A program made the position numbers and the translations under genes. From Moniliella sp. 'wahieum' (Eukaryota), in the NCBI GenBank assembly GCA_003971905.1, contig RSEE01000120.1, positions 62,001 through 126,000 on the forward strand: a DNA stretch of 64,000 nucleotides, in the 5' to 3' direction. Of the stretch, positions 12,573 to 26,276 are shown piece by piece. The notes beneath the pieces are model-generated. The model did no database searches. It saw only the letters and a list, made by a program, of their open reading frames with translations, and was not told the DNA's origin. The stretch's first letter is position 1. Every line of letters starts with the position of its first letter.

Positions 12573-15500
12573 ATGAGCGCACTTCCAGGCCACAGCGACC
12601 GCCCCGAGCCAGCAGCCAGCCCCCTCCCCCCCGACGACGACTTTGACGACGGCAACATTGCTGCTGCTCTCGACGACCACAAGCCCAAGCCCAAGCCTAG
12701 CCCCACTCCCGATCACACACCTCAGTCTCAGCCCCAGCCCCCGCCTCTCGCAGCCCCCCCCGACCTTCCCACCACAGCAACGGTTGCCGACGCACCTGAT
12801 CATCACGATATGGAAGAACCTCCTCCCGAGGACGAGGACGATGGCGATATTGGTCTTGTCGCATCACCGCCATCGTCTCCACGACCACAACCCCCCACTC
12901 AGCCCGCCCCCTCGACCAAGATTAATCTTCAGTCCGTGCCTCCGTCTCCGCATCATTCCCAGATCGTGCGCCAGTCATCGCTCAAGGCCAAGGGTTGGAC
13001 GAAGAGATTAACGACACATCACCCGCGGCGTCACGTACACCCTCGCCTGCACCCGCCCCTGCTCCTACTACCTCTGGGGAAAGTTCTGCCTCTCCTTCTG
13101 AGCCTCTTGCTGAGCCTTCACCCCCCAACACCCCTTCGACTCCCGAAGAGTCACACAAACCCCACGTTGCCAGTGGTGTCTCCCTCACCACCAGCCCGGC
13201 GGTTGAGGAAGATCAGAAGGCGCAGCCTACCCCTCGTGCGTCAAGGGAGTCGAATCGGTCCTCAACCACACCTCGTGGCTCAGTTGAAGACAAGCCCTCT
13301 CTCCCTCAGAGCCGAGTTGTGGTTGTTGTGCCAGAACCGGAATCCACAGACCCCAAAGCTAAAGGAAAGGGGAAAGCCTCGCCTTCGAAGGGAGACAACA
13401 CCACTAAGCGGGGTAAGAAGGACAAGGACAAGAGCAAGGAAGAGGAAGAGGAAGAGGAACGCAACCCTCTCAATTTGCGCGAAAGCGATCTGCTCCGGGT
13501 GAAGGCGCGGATGGAACGAGGCTGGGGTCGGGCTGCGTCGCCAGTAAAGGAGGAAGAAGAGGTGGACGTGATGGCCGACGATGACGACGGGTGGCAAGAG
13601 ATGCCGGTAATGCGGACGATTAATGAGGAAACCGAGGCGTACAATGTCCTAGACGAGGAAGATCGTAAGCGGCTTCACTTTCGTGTGCCATCACCCGAGA
13701 GAGTTGCGGCCGCCGCGGCCGAATTACCCCCCCCCTTCCCGATCCCAAGCGAGGCCATGCTCGTATGGGTTCCAAAAGTAAGCGTCGTTCCCTGTTAGGC
13801 GCTGGGAATGCGACGGGACAAACCTTGGCGTGTACGACGCTCGTGGATACGAGTGGCGGGCCCGGCCCGAGTCCGACTCGGAAGGGGCGGAGATGATGAT
13901 GAGGATGCGCATCTGGATGAGATGGGGCCCGGACGTGGGTACACTCAAGTGCATCTGGACGAGGACGAGGAGGCAGCAGCTGTATGCTGCGACCGAGTAC
14001 CTCTTCTCCAATGTCGACCGCAACCCGTATTCGGAAAAGCCGGCGGTCGATGCCGCTGCACAGATGAACACGCCAAGGATTCCTGAGCGAGGGGCAACGA
14101 ATTGCGTATGTAGGGTTGTGTGCGCTTCTCGCACGGCAAGTGAAACCCCGCTGCTTGTCCCTCCACCCTCAGCGAAGAGCAAGAAACCTCCTCCGCCCGA
14201 CTTGGGCAAACCCAACCGCGCGTTAGCCACAGCACTGGACAGCGGCCACGCGTGGATCACAGATGTGCTGGCCAAACTCTATCTTCATATGGATATTGCC
14301 CCGCCTGAACAAACCATGATTGCGCAACTGGGTCAACATGGTGTGCTTCCCTCAGACCTGGCACCGACCCTGATCACAACCCAAACGATCGACAATCCCG
14401 ACTTTGATCCGGACGCGCTTGCGGAGCGGGAAAAGGAGGAGGAAGACCGGACGGAAGTGCAGGCTCTAAGCCAAGCCGTCGACGGGGCCCAGTCCACAAC
14501 TCCATCCGCCGAGGAGCCCGACGAGGCCACGCTCGTTGGCGATCCTTCTCTTCTACGGACCTACGTCTGAGCCAGGATGAGGAGACAGGGGTCAAACCGG
14601 CCTTGCTCGATCCCAACTCGGCGGCGCAGGGCAACATTGGGGAACTTCGTGGGCACACCGAGTGGGCAGTGCGCCACACACACAAGAACATGGCCCCTCT
14701 TCCCATGCATGGCGCGCCCAATGAGCCCGTGGGCCCCACCCCCGACTCTGGGTCGGCTGATGCGCCGGCCGCAGGCAATCAGCCCCCCCCTCGGGCGTTG
14801 CTGGGGACGACAAAGGGCGCTGGCCACAGCCCCAACGGCCTTGGCGGGTGTCAGTACCGAGGTGACCTCTGCTGATCGAACCATCACGCTCGACCTGCGT
14901 TGGACCGTGCTGTGCGATCTGTTTTTGTTGGTCACGTTTGATGCGGACTACGATGCGCGGAGCCGAACATTACTGGAGCAGGTGGCGGCAGCGTTGGGGT
15001 TGAGCGCACTGGATGTACCAAATTTGAGACGCGGATTGCAGAGACGCTGGAGATTGATGATGGCGCTGCTCGTCATTTGCGCTTGCGCGACCGGCAAGCG
15101 ATCCAGAAACGCGCCGCTGCGGCCAAGCGGCGGCGGTTGCTCATGATGGGCCTGGCTACCATTGGCGGCGGCGTGGTGTTAGGGCTGAGTGCTGGGCTGC
15201 TGGCGCCCATCATTGGGGTTGGGTTGGGCGCTGCGTTCAGTACGATTGGTATTGGGGGCACGTCAGCATTTTTTGGTGGCGCAGGCGGTGCGCAGTCATC
15301 ACCACCACCGCCACCCTTGCTGGTGGCGGCATGGCAGGCAACAGTATGGGTCGTCGAACGCGCGCGGTCAAGGTGTTCGAGTTCAAACCGGTTCACAGTA
15401 ACAATCGCTTTCGCTGCATTCTCGGCATTCCTGGGTACGTTTTCCCCTTCCAGCCTTCTATTTTGATGTGCACCCGAGCTAATCATTGATGAACAGGTTT

Positions 15501-17397
15501 ATGAACGGTGCCCAAGATGATCCCCGTCTCCCCTTTAGTACGGTGGATAGCATGATGGGCGACCTGTTCAGTGTGCTGTGGGAGCCGATTTGATGCGCGA
15601 GATGGGTGCAGCGATGGGCATCTTGTGGAACGAAACGGTTGCTGCTGGAATTCAACAGCTGTTAGCGGCCACCGTGGCAGGCAGCTTGATTGGTGCGTTG
15701 ACCTGGCCTTTGTGGCTCAGCAAGCTGTCGTACTTGATTGACAATCCTTGGTCCAATCGCTCGACCGCGCCAAGGCAGCGGGGCTGATCCTGGCGGATGT
15801 GATCGTGCATCGCCAGATGGGCTCGCGGCCGTTGACATTGGTTGCGTTTAGCCTGGGCGCCCGTGTCATTTTCTATGCGTTGCGAGAACTGTATCGGATA
15901 AACGGGTTTGGGCTGGTACAGGATGTCTACCTTGTCGGGGCTCCCGTGACGGCGAGCGACAAGGTGTGGCGCCAAGTGCGCTCCGTTGTCGCTGGCCGGT
16001 TTGTCAATGGCTATTCTAAGACCGATTGGATCTTGGGCTACCTGCACCGTGCCACTTCGGGCGGTTTGGCGTCGTCGCCGGCTTGCACCCCATCACCGGC
16101 GCACCTGCCGTGGACATGTGGACCTGACGCAAATCGTGCCGGGTCACTTGGCATACCGAGCCTTAATGCCACTGGTCCTGGGCGAGCTGGGCTTCCGCAC
16201 CACGGCCGATTACTTTGACGAGCCCGAAGATCTGTCCAAGATTCCAGAGAGGGAGGTACGACCGATGACAGAGGAAGAGCTGCGGGAGCGGTGCATGAGT
16301 AAACTATGCCTCGGCCGGGGACGAGGAGAAGATTGCCACGGCGATTGCAGCGGCACAGGCGGCCAAGGGCCGCCACCACCACCGACCAAGACGAATGCGT
16401 TTGCCAACTTTTTCAAGCGAAGCAGCAAAAAGTCCTCGACCCCAGCGGCTACGCCCACTCGGCCAAACGGGGTGGCTAGCCCCCCACGGAAAGCCAAGGC
16501 AGCGGCGGCAAGCGCACCGGATTATGATTACGATGAGGACGTGGATGTGGAGGGCGAAGTGCGGGAGACGATGGCCCACTGGAGCAGAAGAGAAGCACGA
16601 CACGCCTTCCTCTTCCGCACATCCCTCACCTTGGTGGGCCCGAGCCAATCGGTTCGATCCCGACGCCATTCTGGCCGAACTGCGCAGTGCTGGGATCGAG
16701 GTCAAGGAGTTGCCGTCCAACATGCCTATTCTCCAAGTCAGCCCGCCCGCGGCGCGGACAAACAGTGTACCGGCCCCTCGCCACGTCACCTTCGACATCC
16801 ACCTTGTCGCTGGCCGCCTCTACCGCCTCGGCTCCTGTCTCCACTACCTGACCGATGGCGCAAAGCGAAAGACCTACACCGAATCCAACTTATCCTCAGT
16901 CTGGGGCGAGGCGGACCTTGCTGCCCCGTCAGCGCGTATGGCTCTACCACCCGTCTTTCCGCACTGGCGCCCGAGGTGAGAGAAAGTTCCGGTGGCGGTC
17001 TGGGCGCTTGGGGGGAATCCAGCACGCACCTACCTTCTCTCCCTGCCGTATCCAACGTTCGTTCGGGTCGGTGGGGGGAAGCCGAGACCAGCGAGGGGGC
17101 GGAACTATCGCACGGACTCGCTTCGCCCCCCTGTACCCCGTCTTCCTCCCTCCTCACCTGTCGGACTGCGCAGCCTCTCCCTCGCCCCCCCCTAGCACCG
17201 CTAGCACCGCTAGTACCACCAACCTCGCTTCCCCGCGCTGGGGACTGCGACCGCCACTGGTTCCTCCGCCCGGGCGTCGCACTGCCCTCGACTTGGACCT
17301 CCCCTTGCCCCCGCCCCCGGCCACACCGACGCTCACGTTTGGCGCGCAGGATGGCGAGATCACATTGCAAGAGGATGAGAATCCGTGGGGGTCGTGA
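12573..17397 (+). CDS. DUF726 / TMCO4-like (Mil1/YFL034W family) membrane protein with a long disordered N-terminus, frameshifted
   Basis: TITLDLRWTVLCDLFLLVTFDADYDARSRTLLEQVA; RRLLMMGLATIGGGVVLGLSAGLLAPIIGVGLGAAFSTIGIGG; intron 15435..15496; ALTWPLWLSKLSYLIDNPW; GSRPLTLVAFSLGARVIF; VVAGRFVNGYSKTDWILGYLHR; VPGHLAYR; ends EDENPWGS*. Confidence 0.88.
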
Positions 17398-18086
17398 CGG
17401 CTTGCGCACAGCGCCCAAGCATGCATGCGGCGTGAGGGGACGGAGGGAGGACCTCGATTGGCAGTTGCTGGGGGTTCGGCTGTAGCGTACCTACCTACCC
17501 CTACCTACTACCTACTTTCTTCTCATTCCCATCGAATCAATTGTGCTACCCATCTATCAAGTCACGGTGCAGCGTCCGGGCCAATAGGCCCAGGCGCGTT
17601 TTTAGGTCGCAGCGTAGCGCAATGAGATGCATTCATCCGTCGCTCCTCGTTTCGCCTCCTCTCACCTCACGGTCGGTTTGTTGTGTGTGGTCGAGTACCG
17701 TGGAGCCTAAGCTAGTGATCAGTAGCTGGACGTTCAACCAGGGCAGAGCGGATGAGAGTGAGGTAGGAGCCTCTACCTGCCCAAACCAGTACCAGAGGAT
17801 TAGAGAAAGGAGCCTATCAAGCCAAGAACCAAGCTTCGACCGATCAAAGAGCAAATAAGGCCTAGGGGCCGACATGGTATAGAATTGTTCGTGCGGATGA
17901 AGACAGGGATGGGTCAGACAGCGTTCTCAAAACAGATGCGCAAGATGAGGAAATGCGAGCAACGAAGGAAGAAGTGTGTTGGTGTGTGTGGGATGGGGGG
18001 GGGGTGACAAGAACGCCAATTATAATAGGTAACATGTAAATGGAAAGCCAGAAGGGAAGGAAGGTGCACCCCACCACATCCGTCAC

Positions 18087-19777
18087 CTACACGCTTGACA
18101 CCGGGACGGCTTGCGGTGCCATGCCGAACGTCGGTGTAGGTACGTTGAGCAGGGCCTGGAGCTGAGCTTGGGCTGCGGCCTGCGCTTGCAGTTGCGCTTG
18201 CGCTTGACATGTGCTTGAACTTGGGCTTGGATCTGGGCCTGGGCAAGGAGTTGAGTCTGGAGCTGGGTCTGGAGCTGGCTGAGCTGAGCCTGAAGCTGAG
18301 CCTGGAGTTGAGCCTGCAACTGGGCCTGCAACTGGGCTTGGAGCTGAGCCTTGGCTTGGGTTTCAAGCTGCATGCGCATCTGCTTCTCGACTTTGGCCTG
18401 GGCGCAGGCCAAGCTATGCGCATAGCCTGGACCGACGTCGTGGCCAACATGTCGGGTGCGCCGGTAAACTCGCTTGGGCCTTGGTAAGGGTCTGCAGCCA
18501 ACGTGCCAGCAGCTGCGGTGGCACCAGCTGTTCGCTGCTGCTGGCTGCGTGGGCGACCAGGTGGGCCCAGGTGGCGGTGGGATACTGCGGTGCGCCCGTG
18601 GGAGGCGTATAAATCCCGACGACGGTACCAAAGGCACCGACGAGGCTACCGCCGGAGCTGGCGCCGCTTTCTGTGCCGGGAGCTGTGCAAAGGGTGATGT
18701 GGTGGAGTGGGCAGCGCGTAGCTCGTAAACGGCGCAGTGGGAGGGAGGGGCGAGCCGTTCTCTACCAAAGGCGCGGCAGGTGGTGTAGGAGTCACCGCTG
18801 CGGGGGCCGAAGTCAAGCCGTCCTGTGGCGATCGACGGGGGCAAGCACGGGCAAGCTGAACCATTCGGGTCATCTCGCGTGACCGGAAGGCGAGCAACGC
18901 CTCGGACCGTGCCTTGAACTGCCTCAGCTCGTCGGGGCTGACAAGAATGAGTAACCGAGACCGCGCCAAAATGCCAGCTCCATCTGAGTTACTGTGCGAG
19001 GGGAAGGAAGCTGGGCCAAGGAAGCCCACGTCTTGGCTGTATACGTGTGGTCCTCGAGCAGCTTATTGGCCAAAATCAGAGGCAGACACCGACACACGGT
19101 ACTCGACACCAACCACGTCGGCTGTAATGTGGGGCTGGCGGCACTTGAAGCGGTACACGAGTACCCTGGCAAAGACAAACAGGCAACACGTCAGCATACA
19201 TCAAAACGCGGCCCACAGCAACAGGAGGGGTGGGGGGGAAGAACGTACAAGGCTGTATAAGGTCTCGGTCGTTGCACGGAGAGATCGAATCAGGTCGCGG
19301 ACACAGCGACAAAGGCCGTCTTGGCTGAAAGCGGCGCAAGACTGCGCGCACCTCCGGGGCTGCGCAGCCACGACAGGCGAGATTGGTTCGGTGGCAACAA
19401 GAGGGGGGATGGCGCATGGGTGAGCGGGGCGAAGGTGGAGCTGGGCTCGGCGGAGAGAGGGAGCTGGGCAGGGGCGGGGGTGAACCAAAGAAAGCAGACC
19501 AATTCGCAAAACCATTGAGCGAGCTGGGTGGAGGTCTGGGATGGCCGTGTGGGGCGGAAGCGCTTGGATGGCGGGGCGAGCCCGTTGGGCCATTGGGAGA
19601 CGGGGCGGGGGGCAGGGGGTGGGGCGTGGACGGTGGCGGTAGGAGCAGCCGGGGGGCAGAGGTAGAAACAGAGGGGGAAGAGGAGGGGGAGGAGTAGGCG
19701 GGGCGCGTCCGCCTGCCCAGCAGGCTGGAAATAGTGCCGGGTGCGCAGGACGAGGAGCGGGAGCGGGGCGCAGTCAT
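18087..19777 (-). CDS. Pho80/Pcl(Clg1)-type cyclin with Ser/Pro-rich N-terminus and Gln/Ala-rich C-terminus, frameshifted
   Basis: Cyclin box: FVRDLIRSLRATTETLYS / LILANKLLEDHTYTAKTWASLAQL..VTQMELAF..GL. Intron 19166..19248 (GTACGT..GCTGAC..CAG). (QAQL)n repeat near 18230-18360. Both ends are approximate. Confidence 0.78.
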
Positions 19778-20326
19778 GATGGGCGGGGGCGGAGGGAGGC
19801 GGAGACCGAGTACGAAGAGGACGAGGGCAAGGAAGAGAAGAGGAGGAAGAGGAAGAGAGAAGAGGAAGGTGGTGGTGGGAAAGATGCTACGCTGTCCTAC
19901 TGTATTATACCAGATCGCCACGCCGTCGGCCGTCTGCAAGGGGACAGAGTGTGCCAGGGTGCCGCAGGGTGCAGTGATCATGCATCATGCATGGCGCACC
20001 ATGCGTCATCCACTGGCTGGCTGCGGAGGTGCGTGCGGCGTGGCAGTGCGAACGGAGCGCCGACGCAGCGCAGGAGAGCGCAGGAGAGCGCAAGCGAGCG
20101 CAGGGCGCAGCACACTGCGCAGCGGGTCACGATCGCCGAGCACAGGTGCCTGCACAGGTCAGAATGCAGAATGCCGGCCATACGCCATGGCGGCGCGGGG
20201 GCGCAGTGGCGTGCAGGGGCAGGAGAGCGCAGGAGAGCGCAGCCCCGCGCGGCGCCAGTGGAGCGACGAGACGTGTGGGCCGCGGGGCAACCAAATCCAT
20301 TCTGCCCATTCGACGAACGACGGTGC

Positions 20327-20360
20327 ATGCATCATGCATCATGCATCATGCATCATGCAT
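20327..20360. repeat. Heptamer-palindrome array (ATGCATC)x5
   Basis: atgcatcatgcatcatgcatcatgcatcatgcat, the longest perfect member of the intergenic heptamer family described in the findings. Confidence 0.9.
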
Positions 20361-23300
20361 CGCCGCGCAGTTCTGACTTGGCAAATTCACCGCGCATTCG
20401 CTTGATTAGCTTGATTAGGTCGTCAGTTCTTGTGCTTCCACGAGTCTACATCACCGATTGGCGTCGATAGCACGCGGCACTCTGCCTGCACGCCGCACCC
20501 TCTCGCCCAGCCTGCGACGGCGTGGCTCCCCCAGCGGGTGCTTCTAATCACCTCACCAGCCACGCCACAGGCCGCCAGGCCCCGCCTCCCGCCCACTGGT
20601 CCCACCCGCCCTCCCATCCCACATCCGCGCCATATGCGTCCCCCGCTTCCTGCCGCCTTGCCACCCGCCCCGCGCGGCACAGCGCCCGTGCTGCCGTCCG
20701 CTGCCGAATCCGGATTGCGCTCCGCCGCCTCAGCGTCACGCGTCCCGCGTCCCTCGTCACTCGCGTCACCGCGTCACCACCACTGAGCATGTGCATATCA
20801 ACCGCTGGGGCTGGGGGCAGCCGCTGTAAATACACGCCTGGCCCAGGTCATCGATCCGGTCCTCGGCATCGAGAATCCTCTGACATCGCACCTCTGACTG
20901 GGTCTGGCGAGTCGACCAAACGGCGAGTCCCTCCCCCATAAGACGTCGAGGACGGTCCGTTTCCACGGGGTCCGGTTGTGTCACGCCTCACGCGTGCCGC
21001 TCCTCGTCTGCATCATCAATCTTTTTAGCGCGGTGAGTCACCGGCACCACGCTGAGCAGCATGTAAAGCTTGTAAAGGTCAGCCAGTCATAAGTTTCTCA
21101 GCCTCTCAGTTGAGCGCATGTCATGCGTTCCTCGATCATTGATCGGCCAACGCCCATCGTTCGTCGGCGTCAATAACATGTAACATCAGCGTCTAGCTGC
21201 GGTCGTGGGCGAAGAGCACGAACGGTACATAGATATTAGATCCTCTTCAGGCTGTGGTGCGGAGCGACAATCGACGCCCGCATGAGGCCCGACGACACAA
21301 GCGCCGTTCTGCCAAGAACAAAGACTGCCAGTGTATCATGTAGCAACGCGCAGCACGTAGCACATACTAGCACACCGCGAGGGTAGCATGTGCCTGTAAC
21401 AGCAACACGATCACAAAAGGTGCCTATAATGGAGCAGAGCATACCAAAGAAACTAAGGGAAAAGAGAAATGGCGTCGTTCCCCACCGTGCTCTCGGAGCT
21501 TCGTGTTTGTCTGGCTAGTCTCAGGAAGGCGCTCCCCCTGAGCGGTCCGCGGCTCAGCGCCAGCCCTGCTGAGCCTCGGCCTCTCCGGGCCTCGACAAAC
21601 TGAACATGAGCCCGTAATGAAAGGCCGCGGTGTTACAATGCGATGCATGACATGATGCATGACATGGACCAGCCGCCGTCTGTTGTTTATCACATCTTAC
21701 TTCTTACATTCATTACAGCTTTACGCCATTGAATTTCCAGCTTAAGGCCGTGGGTCATACCAATTACTGCTCCCGCCCACCTTTGCGGTGCGCGACGCCA
21801 TAATAAGAGGATGGAATGGTGTGTGCGCTGACCCGCTGGTGGCGGCCGCGGCGTCGCCTGGCTAGCCGAGCCATAGGCCGATTCAAGCCGAGCGTTGAAC
21901 CTCAGCTTCAGCCTCAGCGGCTGAGTGCTGGCCTGCGCCGGCGTGTGACATGGGACGCGTGACGCGCTGACTGAGGTAGCACCACACGGGCACACCAGGG
22001 CGGGGCGAGATGTCAAACGCGTCCAACTGAACCCACGCCACGCCAGGTCCCGCTGTGTGAGATCTGAGTCACCTCTGAATTTGAGAGAGCCAACACATGT
22101 AACAGAAGGCTGGCCGCGGAGCTGGGCAGGCTGGGCAGTGGCTGGGCGGGCGAGACGGTTGGGCGCTGGATTGCGGGGCCAGGGAAAAGAGCGGGATGGA
22201 AATTCAATTTGGGTTGCCGGATCCCGCCTTAGTTACCGGTTACCCCGGTTACCGCTTATGCGGTAAGCACCGAGTACAAATGTCCCGCTACCACACCCAC
22301 ACCCCACCAAAGCCGAGCGGGGGTAAGGAGCAGGCAAAGGCAGCTTACATCCGTCGTATGCTGCGCAGCAGGAAGGAAAAGCAGCGCTCCCCTACACTTG
22401 CCCTCTGCTCGGGTGGGTTGCAGACGAGGCAGCCAACGGCATGAATCATGAATCTTGCGTGCACGTGGGAAAGGTGATGCAGACGTGGGACTATCGACTA
22501 TCGGTTGTCCCATGTCCTGGGCGCAGGGTAGGGCAAATGAAGCTCATCAGGCGTGGTAGGGGTCGGCCGGTGCATGGTGCGACAGCACGCTAGCTCCAAG
22601 GCAGGTACAGAGCACTCGGCACGAGCTGGGCCCTACCTGGCTTCCCTAGGCCCTACGGGATGTCCATGGACATGGTACACAACACTCGGCCACTGCCACC
22701 CAATGCGACACGGCCAGGAACGAGGCGGCACACTGGCCTTGCGCCCGATGTGATCCAAACCCCACTGCCTGTTGTCAGATCTCAATCGCACCAGGGACGA
22801 AGAAACTTGCCGTCCCTACCGCCCCCCTTGCTCCACCCAACAAAAAGAAGCCGGGTCGTCCGAGCACCACGCAGGAGAGCGCGGTACACATTACCGCCGC
22901 GGGCCAGGCACAGCCTCCCAGTCCCCGCCGCCCGCCCGAGGCTGAGCAGCTGGCAGAGCTTGCCGCTTCAAGCTTCAAGCTTCACACCCAACGCCCAACA
23001 TGCAACGCACGTACGAACGTCAACGTGTCAACATTCAACGTATTCATCCCTTCACACGTACACGTGGTTGCCCAGCGGCCAGGCAAACATTTTGTCCCCG
23101 TCAGGGCCTCAGCCCCCAGCGCCTCAGCCTTGAAAGCCTCAGGCACCTCGTGCATCATGCATGCAGCCTGAGCGCTGAGCCGTTGAGCCGGTCAGCGCGC
23201 TGGGCCTCCGATCTGGAACGGCCGCCTGTAGTGCGGAGCTTGTCTACTAATCAGGCCCACACAGGTCCAACCATCCAGCCACGCTTGTCCACAGCCAGTT

Positions 23301-26276
23301 CCTAGTTACTAGTATACCCTTTAGCTTCATTAGCTTCACTAGTAGTGACACAAATCCAATCCATTCCCCTCGCTCGCCCCTGGAGAGGAGGCAACCTGAC
23401 GCGCGCGCCTGGTGCAGCAAGACGCAGCCAAATACAGCACTCCATATCGACCTAATAGCCTTGGTGTATGTATGGTGATCGGGTGGCCGGCGACGCGGCG
23501 ACGGGGGCCGCTCACGGTGATCTGCAACACCCCACCTGTTCACTGTTCAATCGTTCACAGCGTGCTGAGTGCTCGCTGAACAAGCTCGCAACTGAGCGCT
23601 TGATCGCTGAACGTTCCATCGAATGCGTTGAGACGGTTGAGCTTCACACGAGTTGTCTATAGTGGGATCTGGGAGTCCATGCGATCTTCAAGCTCCAGTC
23701 TTAGTTACTCTAAGTATCCACATCAACGTTCGACAAGGCGATCAAAAACAAAGCAAAACGGAAGGGGTGGCGGTGAAGAAAAAGGGGGAACGTGCAACAT
23801 GGGAAGAAGATATGCGGCGGGCTCTGTACGCGCGCACGCGCACGCGCGAGTGGCTTGGCTCTAGCTATATATTATACCACATCTCGACAATCGATCAGTA
23901 TGTCACGCATCGCAAGCAGACTCCATGGCAACAGGAACTTCGAGCTTGAGAAGAATTGTGGGAACGTTGTCGTTACCAGGGGCCAAGAGCGAGGGGCAAG
24001 GGGCAAAACCGCGCGTGCGAAAACAGGAGCGCTTCAGCCGAAGAGCGCCCGAGAAACTAAGTCTGGATGTGGAAAGTGGAGCCGGTGGGTTACGCCGGTT
24101 ACGCGTTAAGCAATAAAGTTTCACTGTGGATGCGCGAAAGGCTAGTGGAGCTTCCAACTGGAGGCGAGCGCGGAGAGTCCGCGGGGGCGTCAGCGAGGGC
24201 GATGCTGACGCGCTGAAGCCTATTGCCTCCACTAGACATGGGGAGGAATTTCGAGCATGTAAAAGACCCACAGAAGAGTTTTGGAGTCGCGCGAGCAGGC
24301 TCCGCGAGAGGGCAGTACTAGTGACCGCGATAGTATTGCTACTAGATTGCCAATGGGCAAAAATGAAGTCCCAGATGGCGAATGACAGGGTGTGAATCGT
24401 TGCCCCTTAACGATTCCTTTGGACCTGGGCGCATTGTTGGGAGAGATGGAGATGCACACGGTATGCCTTGTTTAGATAACCGATCGGTAGGCCAGATGGC
24501 CAGATGCAGCTCACATCGGCTCAATTACATGTATCGTTGTCGAACAAATGAACGGAGTGCAAGGAAACACCTTTGTAAGTCGTTTTCACTTTCCACAGCA
24601 TCCCGACGAGGGCTGGCGGTGATGCTTTATACGACCACCATCCTTGAAACACATTGCACGGCTAACAACAGATCTGGGAGCCCCCCCCATAGAGCAGTCT
24701 CGCCTCGCTCGTGGATGAGTTGATGGGATTTTCACCGTACTCGATTGGTAAGGGCAACAACAGCCGACATGAACTGGACAGAGGGAGAGAGTATTAGTGC
24801 CCTCTCTCGCTTTCGCCTCTATTACCTTTCCCCAATCGCCTCGTACTAGGTAACAACACAGATATATTACTTGGATGCCCCACAGTACTAGCTGAACCTA
24901 CTATACCCCCTGGGAAACGCCGTATTCAATAGGCAATGTACTATAGTAGGTCCAACCATGCCGACCTCTACGTGTACGAGGTCCATAGGAGAGTATATGG
25001 AGAGAGTTACCGCCATGATAAACGACCCGGGGCCTAATATCCTCCAACCCATATGTGGCACCCGCTCGCCACAAACTTCGCATCTGCCTGGACTTACGAC
25101 CGTGAGGCATCTCGGAAACTATACTATCGATACGCACCCCGCACTCGACTATCTCCACTATTGCTCCCAACTTTGTGCGTACGAATCGACACTCCTCCGG
25201 GCAAACATTGGCAATCTGGAATATCATCTCGCTATGCAAGACGAGTGTCTACTAGGCCAGCTTTTTGCTTCTCCCTACAACAAGACCTACCGTTCTGACA
25301 ACCACACTCGCCTGACGGAGAGAGGAAGTAGCGAGCTTGACCGATGTAGGGGACCTATAAACGCATAATAGGCAGTGTCACCTGGTGCGTTTCTACTCTA
25401 GTTTACCTAGGTTTCTCTTCCAGATGTACCTGACCCACTTCCTCAGGATCTATACATGGCTTCGCACATATAAACAACTCCAACGCAGCCAGCCCTTTCG
25501 CAGGGACCCGGCTCTCCGCCCCACGCCACAGGGCGACTTGCCCTCCCACCGTCCTCATCCACCCAGCTCAGGCAACCTCCCCCCCCACCCTATAGAAGAA
25601 GCGCACGGTTCACAATCGTGTCTCTTCCATATCTGTATAGCTGTTGGCCCGTCGAGATCCCCCTTTCTAACCCTAGAAGTGAGGGCCAGTGAGGTAGCCC
25701 TAGTTGTATATATATAGGGGAGACCACGCCAAAGCAGCACTCTCGCCAAACTATATAATAAACGGAGAATGTGTTACGACAGTGACTGGCTTCACCCCCG
25801 CTGGGAGCACTTCCGCTTCCGTATAATGTCAAAAGCACGACAAACATGAACTGCTCGTTACCCCCTTCGAGACCCTTATTGCTACAATCCCGGGAGATTA
25901 TGCAGTTTGCAGATAAATTCGCTCAGCGGCGACGCCATGTGTCTCCTACATCTGTTCCGTTCTGCAAGTGAACCGAATAAGGTGAGAAAACCTTCGTCCG
26001 TGGGGTTATCGGGCTACTCGTCCCGTCCATTGTAACGCAACAGATGCCTTTCCGCTTTTTGGCGAACACGGATATTGCTTTCTCTCTGCGTATACTGGCA
26101 ACCTGGCAACGTTCTCCTTCTAAGTCTGACTGGACGTTACGACTTCGTAACATAAGAGCTGAGCAGCAAGTGGATCAGAATGGGGGTTCGATCACCATGT
26201 TGTACAACAGAAACCAAAGGAGGGACTTTGCCCACGGAAGGTCGGCGCAAGCAAAGTCCCTTCAGTGAGCATTGAT

